Positions 29,377-38,695 of a stretch of 64,000 bases of DNA are shown here, piece by piece. The stretch covers positions 1,317 to 65,316 of the IMG/VR virus record IMGVR_UViG_3300029106_000003; one strand, given 5' to 3'. Each line of letters opens with the position of its first letter. The first letter of the stretch is position 1. This DNA comes from a virus. A model generated the notes under the pieces. That model saw nothing but the letters and a program-made list of their open reading frames with translations, was not told where the DNA came from and did no database searches. The position numbers and the translations under genes were made by a program.

Positions 29377-31464
29377 TTACTCCTTTCTAGGTTCGTTACC
29401 ATATTTCTGTACAAATGCTTTTAAAATCTCATCTAAATTTCCACGAATACCTGAATCTTGAATATAGTGAAGTTTACCAACGCATCTTTCATGTAACTTG
29501 AATACTCCCCGATACTTCATACTTACGGGCTTATCAGTAAACACAGAAGTGGCAATTATACCACATTCATGCTTGTATCTTATATTCAATTCCTCTTTAA
29601 ATTCAGTTGAAAGCACACCTGTAATAAGTAATCTGCTTAGCTTTGGTATAGTATGGTCTATCACAAAATCTGACTTCATCCAAACTGCATCCATGCCGTA
29701 TTTGCTGACTTTTAAGAAATCAAACATACAAGCTCCAAATACGTAATTATCTAAGAACCATAAATAGCAGAATGGAGCCGAGCCTAATACTATACCTTTC
29801 TTCAAATATATCATACGTAGATAATCTATCTCTGACATAGAAGCACGCATAAAACGAAATTTGCTATTTTCAGAAATGGAATAATCATCTGGTAAACGTT
29901 TGTACTTTAATGGAGTAATAGCACGTTTATTAAAACTGCTATCACCAGTACTACTTACATTGGAATAAATATAAGTTCTCTGGTCTTTGAATACCTCTCT
30001 GCGTCCCATGAAACCATGTTGCGACAATGCCATGTAATTCACCTGCTCTTCATCTATCTCAGAATATTTTGTACGGATTCTTTCTTGCCAACCGAAATCA
30101 TTCAACAAGAAGCGTTGTAAAGCATTGCTTGTAGCTTTCATACCGGAATGAAACTCATTCTGATAAATCAAAATATCATTTTCATTGCAATTAAGTATAG
30201 CATCCGAAATATCAGCACAATACAGAACTTCAATGTTCTTTGATTTCAGATTATCAACGAGTTTCTGATAACGTTCTGTGTATTTCTTCTTGTAGTAATC
30301 TAAACGGGACACGAAGTCATCATATAGTGACTTATGGTAAATATCCTGTGAGTTCTTATGCTTTTTTATGGCATTGAAAAGATGAATAACAGCTACCATT
30401 TCGGAAGGATTGTCCGACTGTAAATCCATGAAACTATACTCGTCGTTGAAACGTAGCTCTTTTATCTCTCCCTTAATAGCTTTATACATAAGATAGATAA
30501 AATACTCTTTCGTATATACCTTTATCTCACGGTTAGTAAGCACTTGTTCTATATCCATGTAGTATGAGTTTACCACATGGGCGACATCAAATCTTGAAGC
30601 CTCTTTTTTGATGAAAGAAAGCATCCGGTTTGACTTCTTGAACATAGAGCCTACTACCGTAACATTATCCGAGTGTTCTGCCGCCCAAAGTAGCGGTTTA
30701 TGTCTTTGGGGAACTTTGGAATAGTCAATATGAAACACCTCAAGACACTTATCAATTGTGGAGAGTTGCTTATACTCTTCTATATTTTCATGCAGGTAGG
30801 CATACTCTACAAATGAATACATGAATTTGATTGTCTCCAATACTTTATCAAAGTTCCATGAACTGTTGAAGATTCTGAACTCTGCCGTGCCAATCTTGGC
30901 AATGGAACATAAATTGAGCCAATACCTGATATGTCCCCTGTCTGAACCATTGTTGAATACTTTTAGTAGGTTGTCGATATTATCAGCTTCTAGCACACGT
31001 TTCACCACATCATATGGAGGGCTTGGCACGAGGTATTTTGTTTCCCACCACTCGGCTATATCGAATATCCGCTTGATTGGATATGCTGTATAGTAGGAAA
31101 GGACAAACATACGCTTGATAACATTCAAATCCATATCTTTGATATACAGATGTGCGTCAAAGCCTTCATTCCACATGAGGTAACTTCCTGCATCTTTCAT
31201 TGTTTTGATGAAGCCTTTCAACTCCTGTAAGTCTTCCACACAATAATGGTATGGACGAGTGTTTATCTCGCCACCAAATTGACCGTGGTGTGTGACAGCC
31301 GAACCGTCCGAGTTATTCATCATGGTTAGCTTGTTGTCCGTCCATTTATAACCGACTGGAAGGGAAATGCATTGTTTGTCTCCATCGGCAAACTCCAATT
31401 CCATGCCAAACGTGCGGTTGGCAATGTAATCAATCCACGGCTTATCTATATTCATGTTCTGCAT
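29377..31464 (-). CDS. large protein with amidoligase-like (GCS2/glutamine-synthetase-fold) N-terminal domain
   Basis: N-terminal RTFGMELEF (TxGxExE first strand of carboxylate-amine ligase fold), HH pair; about 400 aa of unassigned C-terminal sequence; overlaps neighbours at both ends. Confidence 0.4.
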   Translation of the reverse strand: MQNMNIDKPWIDYIANRTFGMELEFADGDKQCISLPVGYKWTDNKLTMMNNSDGSAVTHHGQFGGEINTRPYHYCVEDLQELKGFIKTMKDAGSYLMWNEGFDAHLYIKDMDLNVIKRMFVLSYYTAYPIKRIFDIAEWWETKYLVPSPPYDVVKRVLEADNIDNLLKVFNNGSDRGHIRYWLNLCSIAKIGTAEFRIFNSSWNFDKVLETIKFMYSFVEYAYLHENIEEYKQLSTIDKCLEVFHIDYSKVPQRHKPLLWAAEHSDNVTVVGSMFKKSNRMLSFIKKEASRFDVAHVVNSYYMDIEQVLTNREIKVYTKEYFIYLMYKAIKGEIKELRFNDEYSFMDLQSDNPSEMVAVIHLFNAIKKHKNSQDIYHKSLYDDFVSRLDYYKKKYTERYQKLVDNLKSKNIEVLYCADISDAILNCNENDILIYQNEFHSGMKATSNALQRFLLNDFGWQERIRTKYSEIDEEQVNYMALSQHGFMGRREVFKDQRTYIYSNVSSTGDSSFNKRAITPLKYKRLPDDYSISENSKFRFMRASMSEIDYLRMIYLKKGIVLGSAPFCYLWFLDNYVFGACMFDFLKVSKYGMDAVWMKSDFVIDHTIPKLSRLLITGVLSTEFKEELNIRYKHECGIIATSVFTDKPVSMKYRGVFKLHERCVGKLHYIQDSGIRGNLDEILKAFVQKYGNEPRKE

Positions 31465-32317
31465 ACCTCAACTTAACTAAGGATTTATAATTGGGAATGA
31501 ATGTAACAATGTCTCCGATACAATAATCAGAACTGTCACCGTATACTTTCATTATCGTGTATTCGCTTGAGCTGTTAGAAAAGTCCAAATGGTTATCAAG
31601 GCAACGACATTCCCCCATATCAGCCATTGAATAACCGCAATCAAGTAGTATTTGATTCCGCTCAGGGTAAATGCCGATAACTTCTGTATGCAACTCGATA
31701 CCATTTAACCCTAACTTTTCATCATCGCTGTTATATGGGATTGTGCCAAATAGCATATATTCTCCAATGCGCACGTCGCTTATGAATTTAGGTAGATCTT
31801 CATTCTGTCCTAACCAAAAACTACCACCTAAACTGATAGATTCAATGTAACTATTCAGCTTAGACCATATTTCACACAATCGTTGCATATTCGGCCTGTT
31901 TCCATTTAGGCAACCGGAAGTAATCATACCATAAGCGTGAGAATTATCATCGCATTTACGAACCGTATTAGCAATCTGTCTTGCTTCAAATAGGCTTACT
32001 CCCTCTCTGTTGTCGAAAGCATTGATGGGAATATATATTTTTTTAATACCCTTATTTACTACACAATCCATTGCTTCATACGCAGTAACAGTTACTGTCC
32101 CTTTCTGATTATGAATTGCTTTTCCAATAGAGTAGCACACGCTATCTTCAAAGTGAAGCGAGAAAATGTCATTATCAACCCTATAATGGATATGTCTCCA
32201 AATATCCTCATAGAAGTCTTTGAACATGAGAGAGACAGGGACATTCACAAGCGTTTCCGCTTTCTTGATGTTCTTTATAACATTATCAGTATATATGATT
32301 ACTTTCATAGCTCCCAT
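31442..32317 (-). CDS. hypothetical enzyme (possible Cys-nucleophile hydrolase/transferase)
   Basis: 291 aa; YGMITSGCLNGN and LLDCGYSMADMG motifs; operonic with amidoligase-like and GNAT genes. Confidence 0.35.
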   Translation of the reverse strand: MGAMKVIIYTDNVIKNIKKAETLVNVPVSLMFKDFYEDIWRHIHYRVDNDIFSLHFEDSVCYSIGKAIHNQKGTVTVTAYEAMDCVVNKGIKKIYIPINAFDNREGVSLFEARQIANTVRKCDDNSHAYGMITSGCLNGNRPNMQRLCEIWSKLNSYIESISLGGSFWLGQNEDLPKFISDVRIGEYMLFGTIPYNSDDEKLGLNGIELHTEVIGIYPERNQILLDCGYSMADMGECRCLDNHLDFSNSSSEYTIMKVYGDSSDYCIGDIVTFIPNYKSLVKLRYAEHEYR

Positions 32318-33204
32318 TTTAAAATGATACGTTCAGCTCCTTTGTATTTCGTATCTCGTTTGAATGAGAACCCGACATTGGTGAAACTTTTTATGCTTGC
32401 TTCATTTTTAGGAGAGGTCATTGCAAATATCTCTTGTGCACCATTAGAAACCAATTTTGCGATATTCGCATTGAGAAGGAGGTACTGGAATCCATTTCCT
32501 CTGTAACCAGAACAGACAAAACATTTGTCGACGTATGCCGTACCGTATTCCGTAAAATAAGCAAGCGAGTAGGCTACAAGAGAACCGTCTAGCAATAAGC
32601 CATAACTGCAACCGGATTGCAAACATTTAGTTATATCCTGTGGTTCTGATGCAAAGCAGGTTTCAGGATTCGAGAGCATGGTTTGTTCCATTGCTTCAAT
32701 TTCAGAAATGTCAGACATGGACAGCGTTTTGATTTCCATCTTACACTCAATGCTTCCTATATCAGTGGGAAACAAAGGATCATATCTGTCTATCCATGCT
32801 TTAGATAGGAATACATCAATATCTGTTTGAGGTAGTAATTTTCTTCTGTAATTTTCAAAAATACCTAATACAAACTCTTTATGCTTAGTTAGTTGTTCAT
32901 TCTTCAAAGGGCACTTACCACTACGAAAAACAAAGCCTTTATTCACTGATTTTATCCACAATGGATAGGTACGACACATGATAGGTTTATAGCCGTTATC
33001 ACATGATTTGCAGTTTTTAGCGATACATTTTACCTTTTTACCGCCAAAATAATCATTATCTATAATTTGTAAATGGGATATTTCCTGTTCGTGTCCAGCA
33101 AATTCATGGGGTAGAATAACAATATGTCCGTCCGATCCGAACGAACAACATTTCCAACCGCAACCGGAGTTTTCGCATGCTCTTATTAGTCCTTTATCGT
33201 ACAT
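32305..33204 (-). CDS. YkgJ-like Cys-cluster domain fused to GNAT acetyltransferase
   Basis: N-terminal CENSGCGWKCC...CIAKNCKSCDNGYKPIMCRTYP (UPF0153 CxxCxxCC-like); C-terminal GYRGNGFQYLLLNANIAKLVSNGAQEIFAMTSPKNEASIKSFTNVGF (GNAT motif A/B). Confidence 0.5.
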   Translation of the reverse strand: MYDKGLIRACENSGCGWKCCSFGSDGHIVILPHEFAGHEQEISHLQIIDNDYFGGKKVKCIAKNCKSCDNGYKPIMCRTYPLWIKSVNKGFVFRSGKCPLKNEQLTKHKEFVLGIFENYRRKLLPQTDIDVFLSKAWIDRYDPLFPTDIGSIECKMEIKTLSMSDISEIEAMEQTMLSNPETCFASEPQDITKCLQSGCSYGLLLDGSLVAYSLAYFTEYGTAYVDKCFVCSGYRGNGFQYLLLNANIAKLVSNGAQEIFAMTSPKNEASIKSFTNVGFSFKRDTKYKGAERIILKWEL

Positions 33205-33426
33205 ATTCTTGGGTTGTATATAACTTCATATACATTTTGTGTTAAATCTGCCGAGCGTATTCCCGGCAGACTTAAACACAAATTCAATCATTCTTCAAGC
33301 TACTTACAAGAACACTTATGCAATTCTTCGGCTTCTTTCAGTCGTGTCAGATAGCAATTTCTATCACCCCGTAAACTGCACAAGCTTTAATGTTCTTGCT
33401 TTTGCTTATCGCTACTATAAGGGTTG

Positions 33427-33496
33427 AGCGGAAACAGGGAATCGAACCCCACTCTTTGGTTGGAATGCCAACGCTCTGCCGATGAGCTATTTCCGC
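33427..33496 (-). tRNA. tRNA-like gene with atypical anticodon arm (TCC/TTC region; possible 8-nt loop)
   Basis: GCGGAAATAGCTCATCGGCAGAGCGTTGGCATTCCAACCAAAGAGTGGGGTTCGATTCCCTGTTTCCGCT: good acceptor, D and T arms (TTCGATT) but anticodon stem-loop cannot be folded as canonical 5-bp/7-nt. Confidence 0.5.
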
Positions 33497-33574
33497 AATA
33501 TGGGCAGCCTGCAAACCGTTTATCAGAATTTCCACTGCCCTTCCTTGTACTTCGGTCGTTATTTCTTATCTCTG

Positions 33575-33647
33575 AGGTTGAAGTGGGATTCAAACCCACG
33601 AATAACGGTTTTGCAGACCGTTGCGTTAATCACTTCGCCATTCAACC
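33575..33647 (-). tRNA. tRNA-Cys (GCA)
   Basis: GGTTGAATGGCGAAGTGATTAACGCAACGGTCTGCAAAACCGTTATTCGTGGGTTTGAATCCCACTTCAACCT: acceptor 7 bp, anticodon stem ACGGT/ACCGT, loop CTGCAAA, T-loop TTTGAAT. Confidence 0.7.
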
Positions 33648-33727
33648 AAACCAATGCTGTCAAACCACCGCTTGCTTGGCAAATCTGACAGCATCCCATC
33701 AAACGCTATTGATGGTTGGCATTATTT

Positions 33728-34132
33728 TCAAAACAAACTCGCTTGTTCATAATTGGGCTCTTTCTTCTCAACAACTCCAAATTCTGTGATTTCAATACCA
33801 GTATTTTCTGTGATCCATTTTGCCAAAATATGGCGATGGCAGAAATCACCCGGTTTTTCGTAGCAACAAAGAGCAACGTCTTTTCCTCCGCTTAACATTT
33901 CAATTTGTTTCACGACTTGGTTCGCATCTTGGCTTGCCAATATTCTGTCGTAAAGTTTTAGGTATTCATCGTGGGAACAAGGTCCACTTACCATATAACG
34001 AGTCGGGCAAACATTCAGCATTTGTGGAATACCAGCTATAAATCTGGGTTTTCCGATTGCTACGCAAATCATATTAACTTCCGCCTCTTTCAGTTTTCGG
34101 ATATTACCGAAATACGATGTAAAAATCTTCAT
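33728..34132 (-). CDS. DUF488 family protein
   Basis: MKIFTSYFGN...GKDVALCCYEKPGDFCHRHILAKWI conserved DUF488 signature; longer ORF start overlaps promoter palindrome. Confidence 0.5.
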   Translation of the reverse strand: MKIFTSYFGNIRKLKEAEVNMICVAIGKPRFIAGIPQMLNVCPTRYMVSGPCSHDEYLKLYDRILASQDANQVVKQIEMLSGGKDVALCCYEKPGDFCHRHILAKWITENTGIEITEFGVVEKKEPNYEQASLF

Positions 34133-34153
34133 TTTTTTGTTCTTTTTACGGTG

Positions 34154-34190
34154 TAAATATATAAAAAGTATATGAAATTCATGCACTTTT
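34154..34190 (-). promoter_or_regulatory. palindrome-type promoter for DUF488/tRNA/GNAT-amidoligase/terminase transcription unit
   Basis: AAAAGTATATGAAATTCATGCACTTTT adjacent to TATATTTA box. Confidence 0.45.
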
Positions 34191-34209
34191 AGTGCTAAAA
34201 TTGTCTAAA

Positions 34210-34461
34210 CTACCACGTTTTTATTATTTCTATGACTTTTTCATATTCTCCAGCGTGTAACAATGACGCTTCGGTATGGAAATTTATATCAGTTAATCGA
34301 TATTCTATAAGTAAACAGGTATATTCATCACCAATTTTGCGATGGTTTTGATGTTTCTTGGCAAGTGATTCCAATTCTTTGCAAGATAGACAGTAGTGAT
34401 TCTTGCGATTAAGATTCCGCATCTTATTAACATCTTCTTCTTTCAAATCTTCGTATGTCAT
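34210..34461 (-). CDS. hypothetical protein
   Basis: 83-aa ORF. Confidence 0.35.
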   Translation of the reverse strand: MTYEDLKEEDVNKMRNLNRKNHYCLSCKELESLAKKHQNHRKIGDEYTCLLIEYRLTDINFHTEASLLHAGEYEKVIEIIKTW

Positions 34462-34958
34462 GGCTTAATCCTCCTCAAATTCGTCTTCATATACAAAAAT
34501 ATGTTTACCACTTCCACAAATCTCGACTTCCCATTTATGTATGTTCGGCCAATATTCGATTAGAATTATGTTTCTATAGCCTTTATATGGCTCTTTCAAT
34601 GTTGCTGTTCTCATTGCTCATGATTTATGTGATTTGATACTCGTTTCTTTTAGCTTAGCGAAATAATCAATCCGATCTTTGTCTTCATATCGCAATCGCT
34701 AGGAACATCTTTCTATGCTGTCTCTCTGTTTTTTACTAAGCATATCTGCATGTTTAGCCCATTCGATTGAACCGGCAGGAAGAAACTCAAACTTAGGGAA
34801 AAATTTTGTTTCATATGAAAACCTCACTATTCTAGCATATTCCCTCAAATCGTTTGTTTCTGGGTCTGTGGAATTAGGGGTCTCTATTGATTCACATACA
34901 ATTACCATACAGGGCTGGTATAGAAACACAATTTTATTTGCTTTCATTGCTTTTAATG

Positions 34959-35387
34959 CTAAAAATGTGGATCTATATAGTGATTTTGATAATGCAACAT
35001 AAGCAGAACTCCATCTTTGTAATGCTGCCCTTCTGCTACCCAATATCCATTCCTTCTTTTGGTGAACACTTTTGGTGCTCCTTCCAATTTTGGTAGGACT
35101 TCATATTCGCTGGCATAATAGTCTATACATTTGGTTTGATTGAAAGTAACTTCAATCTTGCATGGAGAAATAATTTTAGTAACTGTTGCCGCTCGTTTAT
35201 CCGAGTAATAGCAGACCGTACAGCCAAGTCCAACTTCGGGTACGAGATTTTTGATTGCGTCCAACTTCGCTTTTTCCTTTTGCTCTTGCCAATCTGAGAA
35301 TTTTATACCGCCGGGATATTTGCGACTTTCTATTTCGTGTAGAATAGCAAAACTCCCCTTGCTTGTTAATTTCTTTGATATTTCCAT
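34959..35387 (-). CDS. hypothetical protein
   Basis: 142-aa ORF. Confidence 0.4.
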   Translation of the reverse strand: MEISKKLTSKGSFAILHEIESRKYPGGIKFSDWQEQKEKAKLDAIKNLVPEVGLGCTVCYYSDKRAATVTKIISPCKIEVTFNQTKCIDYYASEYEVLPKLEGAPKVFTKRRNGYWVAEGQHYKDGVLLMLHYQNHYIDPHF

Positions 35388-35398
35388 TGCTCTGTATT

Positions 35399-35683
35399 TT
35401 ATCCGTTATACGTTGATGTTATTTCTTCTGCACGGAGTTCTTTTCTTAACTCACCGTTCCTATATATTCTCACGGCTACTATTCTAACTGTATCGGATAG
35501 GAAACGCCCGCAGTCATTAGCTAGCTTAACTTGTAATTGAATAGCTTTTGCTAAATTTTTAGTACGCTTTCTTATGGTTTTCTTGAATCCGAAAACATAA
35601 TCTTCGGTATCGATTTCGAACTGGTAGGTGTCAGAGTGTAGTATCTGACTCAATTCAGCTGTCATTTGTTGTATTCTATTCAT
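35399..35683 (-). CDS. hypothetical protein
   Basis: 94-aa ORF with conserved AAGAGCAATG start context. Confidence 0.4.
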   Translation of the reverse strand: MNRIQQMTAELSQILHSDTYQFEIDTEDYVFGFKKTIRKRTKNLAKAIQLQVKLANDCGRFLSDTVRIVAVRIYRNGELRKELRAEEITSTYNG

Positions 35684-36823
35684 TGCTCTTATTGTTTAAG
35701 TGGTTATTTTGGATATATAAAGATACAAATAATATATTGAATATCAGTAGTTTGTGTTTAAAATATTGCTTACTTAAACTTTGTTTAACTTTTTGTCTCT
35801 CAGCGACTTTTGGTCAAGTATCTGTGCAAACAAACCAGTTGCAAACACTATTTCACGTCCATACTTATCCTTGCATCGAATGTATATATCTGCATCTTTA
35901 CCAGACATATAAAGCTCATACAGATTATTGTATGGACGAATGCAATCACGGAACATTTCCGATGCTGTCTTTGGCTTACGATAACCACCTCTGCCCATAC
36001 TTTTCAAATAATAATGATTTACTTTTCTCTATCTCCTTGTCTGTGTCGATTCCGAGTTGTTGATAGAAAACAGAATTACCGGATAGGCATTCATGTGCTA
36101 TCTTCAATGTTCTACGTTCTTCTTTGGAGAAACCAACTCGAAAAGTAGAGAATATAGCTAATGCTTCTTTCAAATAGCCGGAGTGGAGTAGGGATATAGC
36201 TTTACTTGTTTTGGTTTCCATAAGGGTAAATTTCGATGTCTTCAAAATCATCGTCAGTAAGGGCGATTTCTTCTGTGTTTATCATTTCTTCTACTTTCTC
36301 ATGAGCGGAATCCATGTTTTCTGCTTCTACCACCACTACCTTCGAGTAGGTTTCGATTATTCTGAATTTGTATTTCATTCTATATCCCCTTTATTTAGTT
36401 TTGAATTTTGCAATCCTGCATGATACCCATCAATCCATATCAACAATTCTGTGGGTTTCAGATACCCGCTTATCCTGTGACATGGAATGCCCCCTTCTAT
36501 TACTCTATCCCCAGTAAATGATTTGTCGTGTATTACGAACGCATAATACCCATAAGAGAATGACGAAGCGGTTAGATGCATTTGATTAGCATGACAGTAC
36601 TTTTCTAATTGTTTTAATGCTTCTTTTTGTGTCATAACTGATGATTTATAGATTTTCGTTGATTTTCTTTTCTGTCCGTTTAATGAATCGTTTAATCATA
36701 TCTTCTAACTCATTCCTTAAATCGTCCTTGTCAAGATATGAGCGGAAAGTTTTCGATTGTAAAATATAAATGATAGCATACGATTTTTATCCGTTAGATT
36801 TAACAATGATTATTCGTCACTTA

Positions 36824-37465
36824 TTACCCCCATAATTTTACTGCAAGATCATAATTCTTTTGAGCTTCATTTACTGCTTTTTTGGCATAAGTAAGAGTGT
36901 AGGAGTGTTCACGTGGATATTTGCCTGACTTTACACCTTCATGATATTCTTTGGCTTCTTCCAGCTTGTGCGCATAAAAGTCAATACTTTCCGGCATAGA
37001 TAGGTTGATGGTTGTAGCACGCTTGTCCCAGTATTCGGCTTCTCTTTCATGTTCTGTTGCTTTGTCGCTAAATTCAACGCTTTTACCCATGTTTCTCCAA
37101 GCATCCGCTATTGCTTTTCTGTGTCGTCTTTCGCTATGATGTCCTATTTTAATAGGTTCTCCAAGTGAAAGAAAATCTCTGTCCTTATTTGACTTTTCGA
37201 AATATTCATGACTTTTTTTATTTGCTGATACAGACCATTCACGTCTACGTTCGGCTCTACGTTTTGCCCATTCTTGTACGTTGAATCCGTCAGCCCTTAC
37301 GATGGAGTAATAATAGAATCCGTCACGCTCAAATATCAGATTAAAAACGATACTTTCATTCTCTTTTCCATACTTGGTTGTAACTAGAATTTCCTCACCT
37401 CTTTCGTGCTTTTCTTCGCACTTTGCCAAAAATACGTTTGGCGCAAACTTGTAATATGTGTTCAT
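36824..37465 (-). CDS. DUF3560-like protein
   Basis: IKIGHHSERRHRKAIADAWRN motif. Confidence 0.45.
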   Translation of the reverse strand: MNTYYKFAPNVFLAKCEEKHERGEEILVTTKYGKENESIVFNLIFERDGFYYYSIVRADGFNVQEWAKRRAERRREWSVSANKKSHEYFEKSNKDRDFLSLGEPIKIGHHSERRHRKAIADAWRNMGKSVEFSDKATEHEREAEYWDKRATTINLSMPESIDFYAHKLEEAKEYHEGVKSGKYPREHSYTLTYAKKAVNEAQKNYDLAVKLWG

Positions 37466-37477
37466 TGCTCTTATGTA

Positions 37478-37708
37478 TTAAATTGCTAACTTTAATTTTT
37501 CTATATCTCGAATAAGCCTATTAGCTCTCTGCCTTTCATTGCTTGCAAAGTCCTCATTACAGATACTTTCATAGAATGCTGCATTTTCTTCTGCCTCTTT
37601 TAACGAAATCTCTTTGCGTTCTATCAAAGACTTTATTGCATCAATATCATTGCTATTAATGACTTCTTCTAAAGCTGTCCTTTTTGTTAATTCGATTGTC
37701 GCTTTCAT
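37478..37708 (-). CDS. hypothetical small protein (MKAT start, cassette copy B)
   Basis: 76 aa downstream of repeat cassette. Confidence 0.4.
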   Translation of the reverse strand: MKATIELTKRTALEEVINSNDIDAIKSLIERKEISLKEAEENAAFYESICNEDFASNERQRANRLIRDIEKLKLAI

Positions 37709-37711
37709 TGC

Positions 37712-37840
37712 TCTTTGTCTTTTAATTGTTAGTAATGTTGTTGTTTTAGTATTGTAAAGATACTCATTATCAGCGAGTTAACCAAATATTTACAGCGTTA
37801 TTTTGCTCATAATCAAGAGTTTAACTTTTGGTAACTTGAA
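37712..37840 (-). repeat. 125-bp promoter/5'UTR cassette, copy B
   Basis: Near-identical to 26565-26700. Confidence 0.6.
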
Positions 37841-37982
37841 ATGAAATATGAATGAAATGGAGTATCACGGACAATAGGTTTAATCTATTGGTTTTTATTA
37901 AAGTGACCCGGCTTTTGTTTCCACAGTGATATAGCCGGGCCACCGCTCTTGTTGTTTTGGAAGAGCACGTGTATTTGGTGTA

Positions 37983-38270
37983 TTAATCTCCACAATAACG
38001 CCCGCTTTGGTTTCTGTAATACTCTATTATACCTCTTTCCATTGCTGAGTCGAATACAATCGATTCGGGCTTTTGTGCGGGTCCCGACTTTTTCATTAAC
38101 CGGCGAGCCTCTTTTTCTGCCTTGCGGGCTTCCGCTTTCATCTTAAACCATGCGTTCCTCAAACAAGCACTGAACGACTGGCAGAACTCACGGCCGAGAA
38201 CCGAGATAGAGCGTTTATACATTGACCATGCCATTTTGAAGAGTTGCGATTTGTTGATTTTCGTTTTCAT
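37983..38270 (-). CDS. hypothetical basic protein
   Basis: 95 aa, K/R-rich. Confidence 0.35.
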   Translation of the reverse strand: MKTKINKSQLFKMAWSMYKRSISVLGREFCQSFSACLRNAWFKMKAEARKAEKEARRLMKKSGPAQKPESIVFDSAMERGIIEYYRNQSGRYCGD

Positions 38271-38298
38271 ATCTTTGTTTTAGTTTTATGATATAAAG

Positions 38299-38381
38299 AT
38301 ACAAGTTATATCTTGTATTTACAATAGTTTGAGCAAGATTTATCTTGTATTTAACTTTATTTATACAAGATATAGCTTGTA
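38299..38381. promoter_or_regulatory. operator-like inverted repeats in divergent control region
   Basis: ATACAAGTTATATCTTGTAT (38299-38318), CAAGATTTATCTTG (38334-38347), TACAAGATATAGCTTGTA (38364-38381); shared half-site CAAG/CTTG. Confidence 0.55.
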
Positions 38382-38428
38382 TATACTAATAAAAAAACGA
38401 CTTTTGTAACAGAAATAACTTTTAGGAT

Positions 38429-38692
38429 ATGAGAATAAGAGATATTATTGAGCAAAAAGGTATAACGACAAAAGAGTTAGCCGAAAGAATGGGAATTAGC
38501 CAAAGTGCATTGAACCAACATATATCAGGGAATCCTTCGATTAAAGTTCTTACTTCAATTGCTTCTAATTTAGGAGTTGATATATGGGAATTGTTTATAT
38601 CACCAGAAGAAGTACGCCCCAATAGCGATACTACTATATTGACGTGTCCTAAATGTGGAGCGAAGTTAAAGGTAATTGAGTCAAAAGATTAA
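38429..38692 (+). CDS. XRE-family HTH regulator with C-terminal zinc ribbon
   Basis: ITTKELAERMGISQSALNQHISG HTH; CPKCGAKLK. Confidence 0.65.
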   Translation: MRIRDIIEQKGITTKELAERMGISQSALNQHISGNPSIKVLTSIASNLGVDIWELFISPEEVRPNSDTTILTCPKCGAKLKVIESKD

Positions 38693-38695
38693 GCC

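Noticed and set aside
31442-32317. Assignment of the 291-aa protein as alanine-racemase-like PLP enzyme or class-I glutamine amidotransferase
   Set aside because: Too short for a fold-type III PLP enzyme, and the G-x-C-x-G-x-Q nucleophile elbow is not matched exactly (SGCLNGN). Left as unknown enzyme.
34699-35387. Two overlapping minus-strand ORFs in different frames (34699..35043 and 34959..35387) as a possible frameshifted pseudogene or programmed frameshift
   Set aside because: An internal Met (MKANK) gives a non-overlapping start for the downstream ORF. There is no slippery heptamer and no homology evidence.
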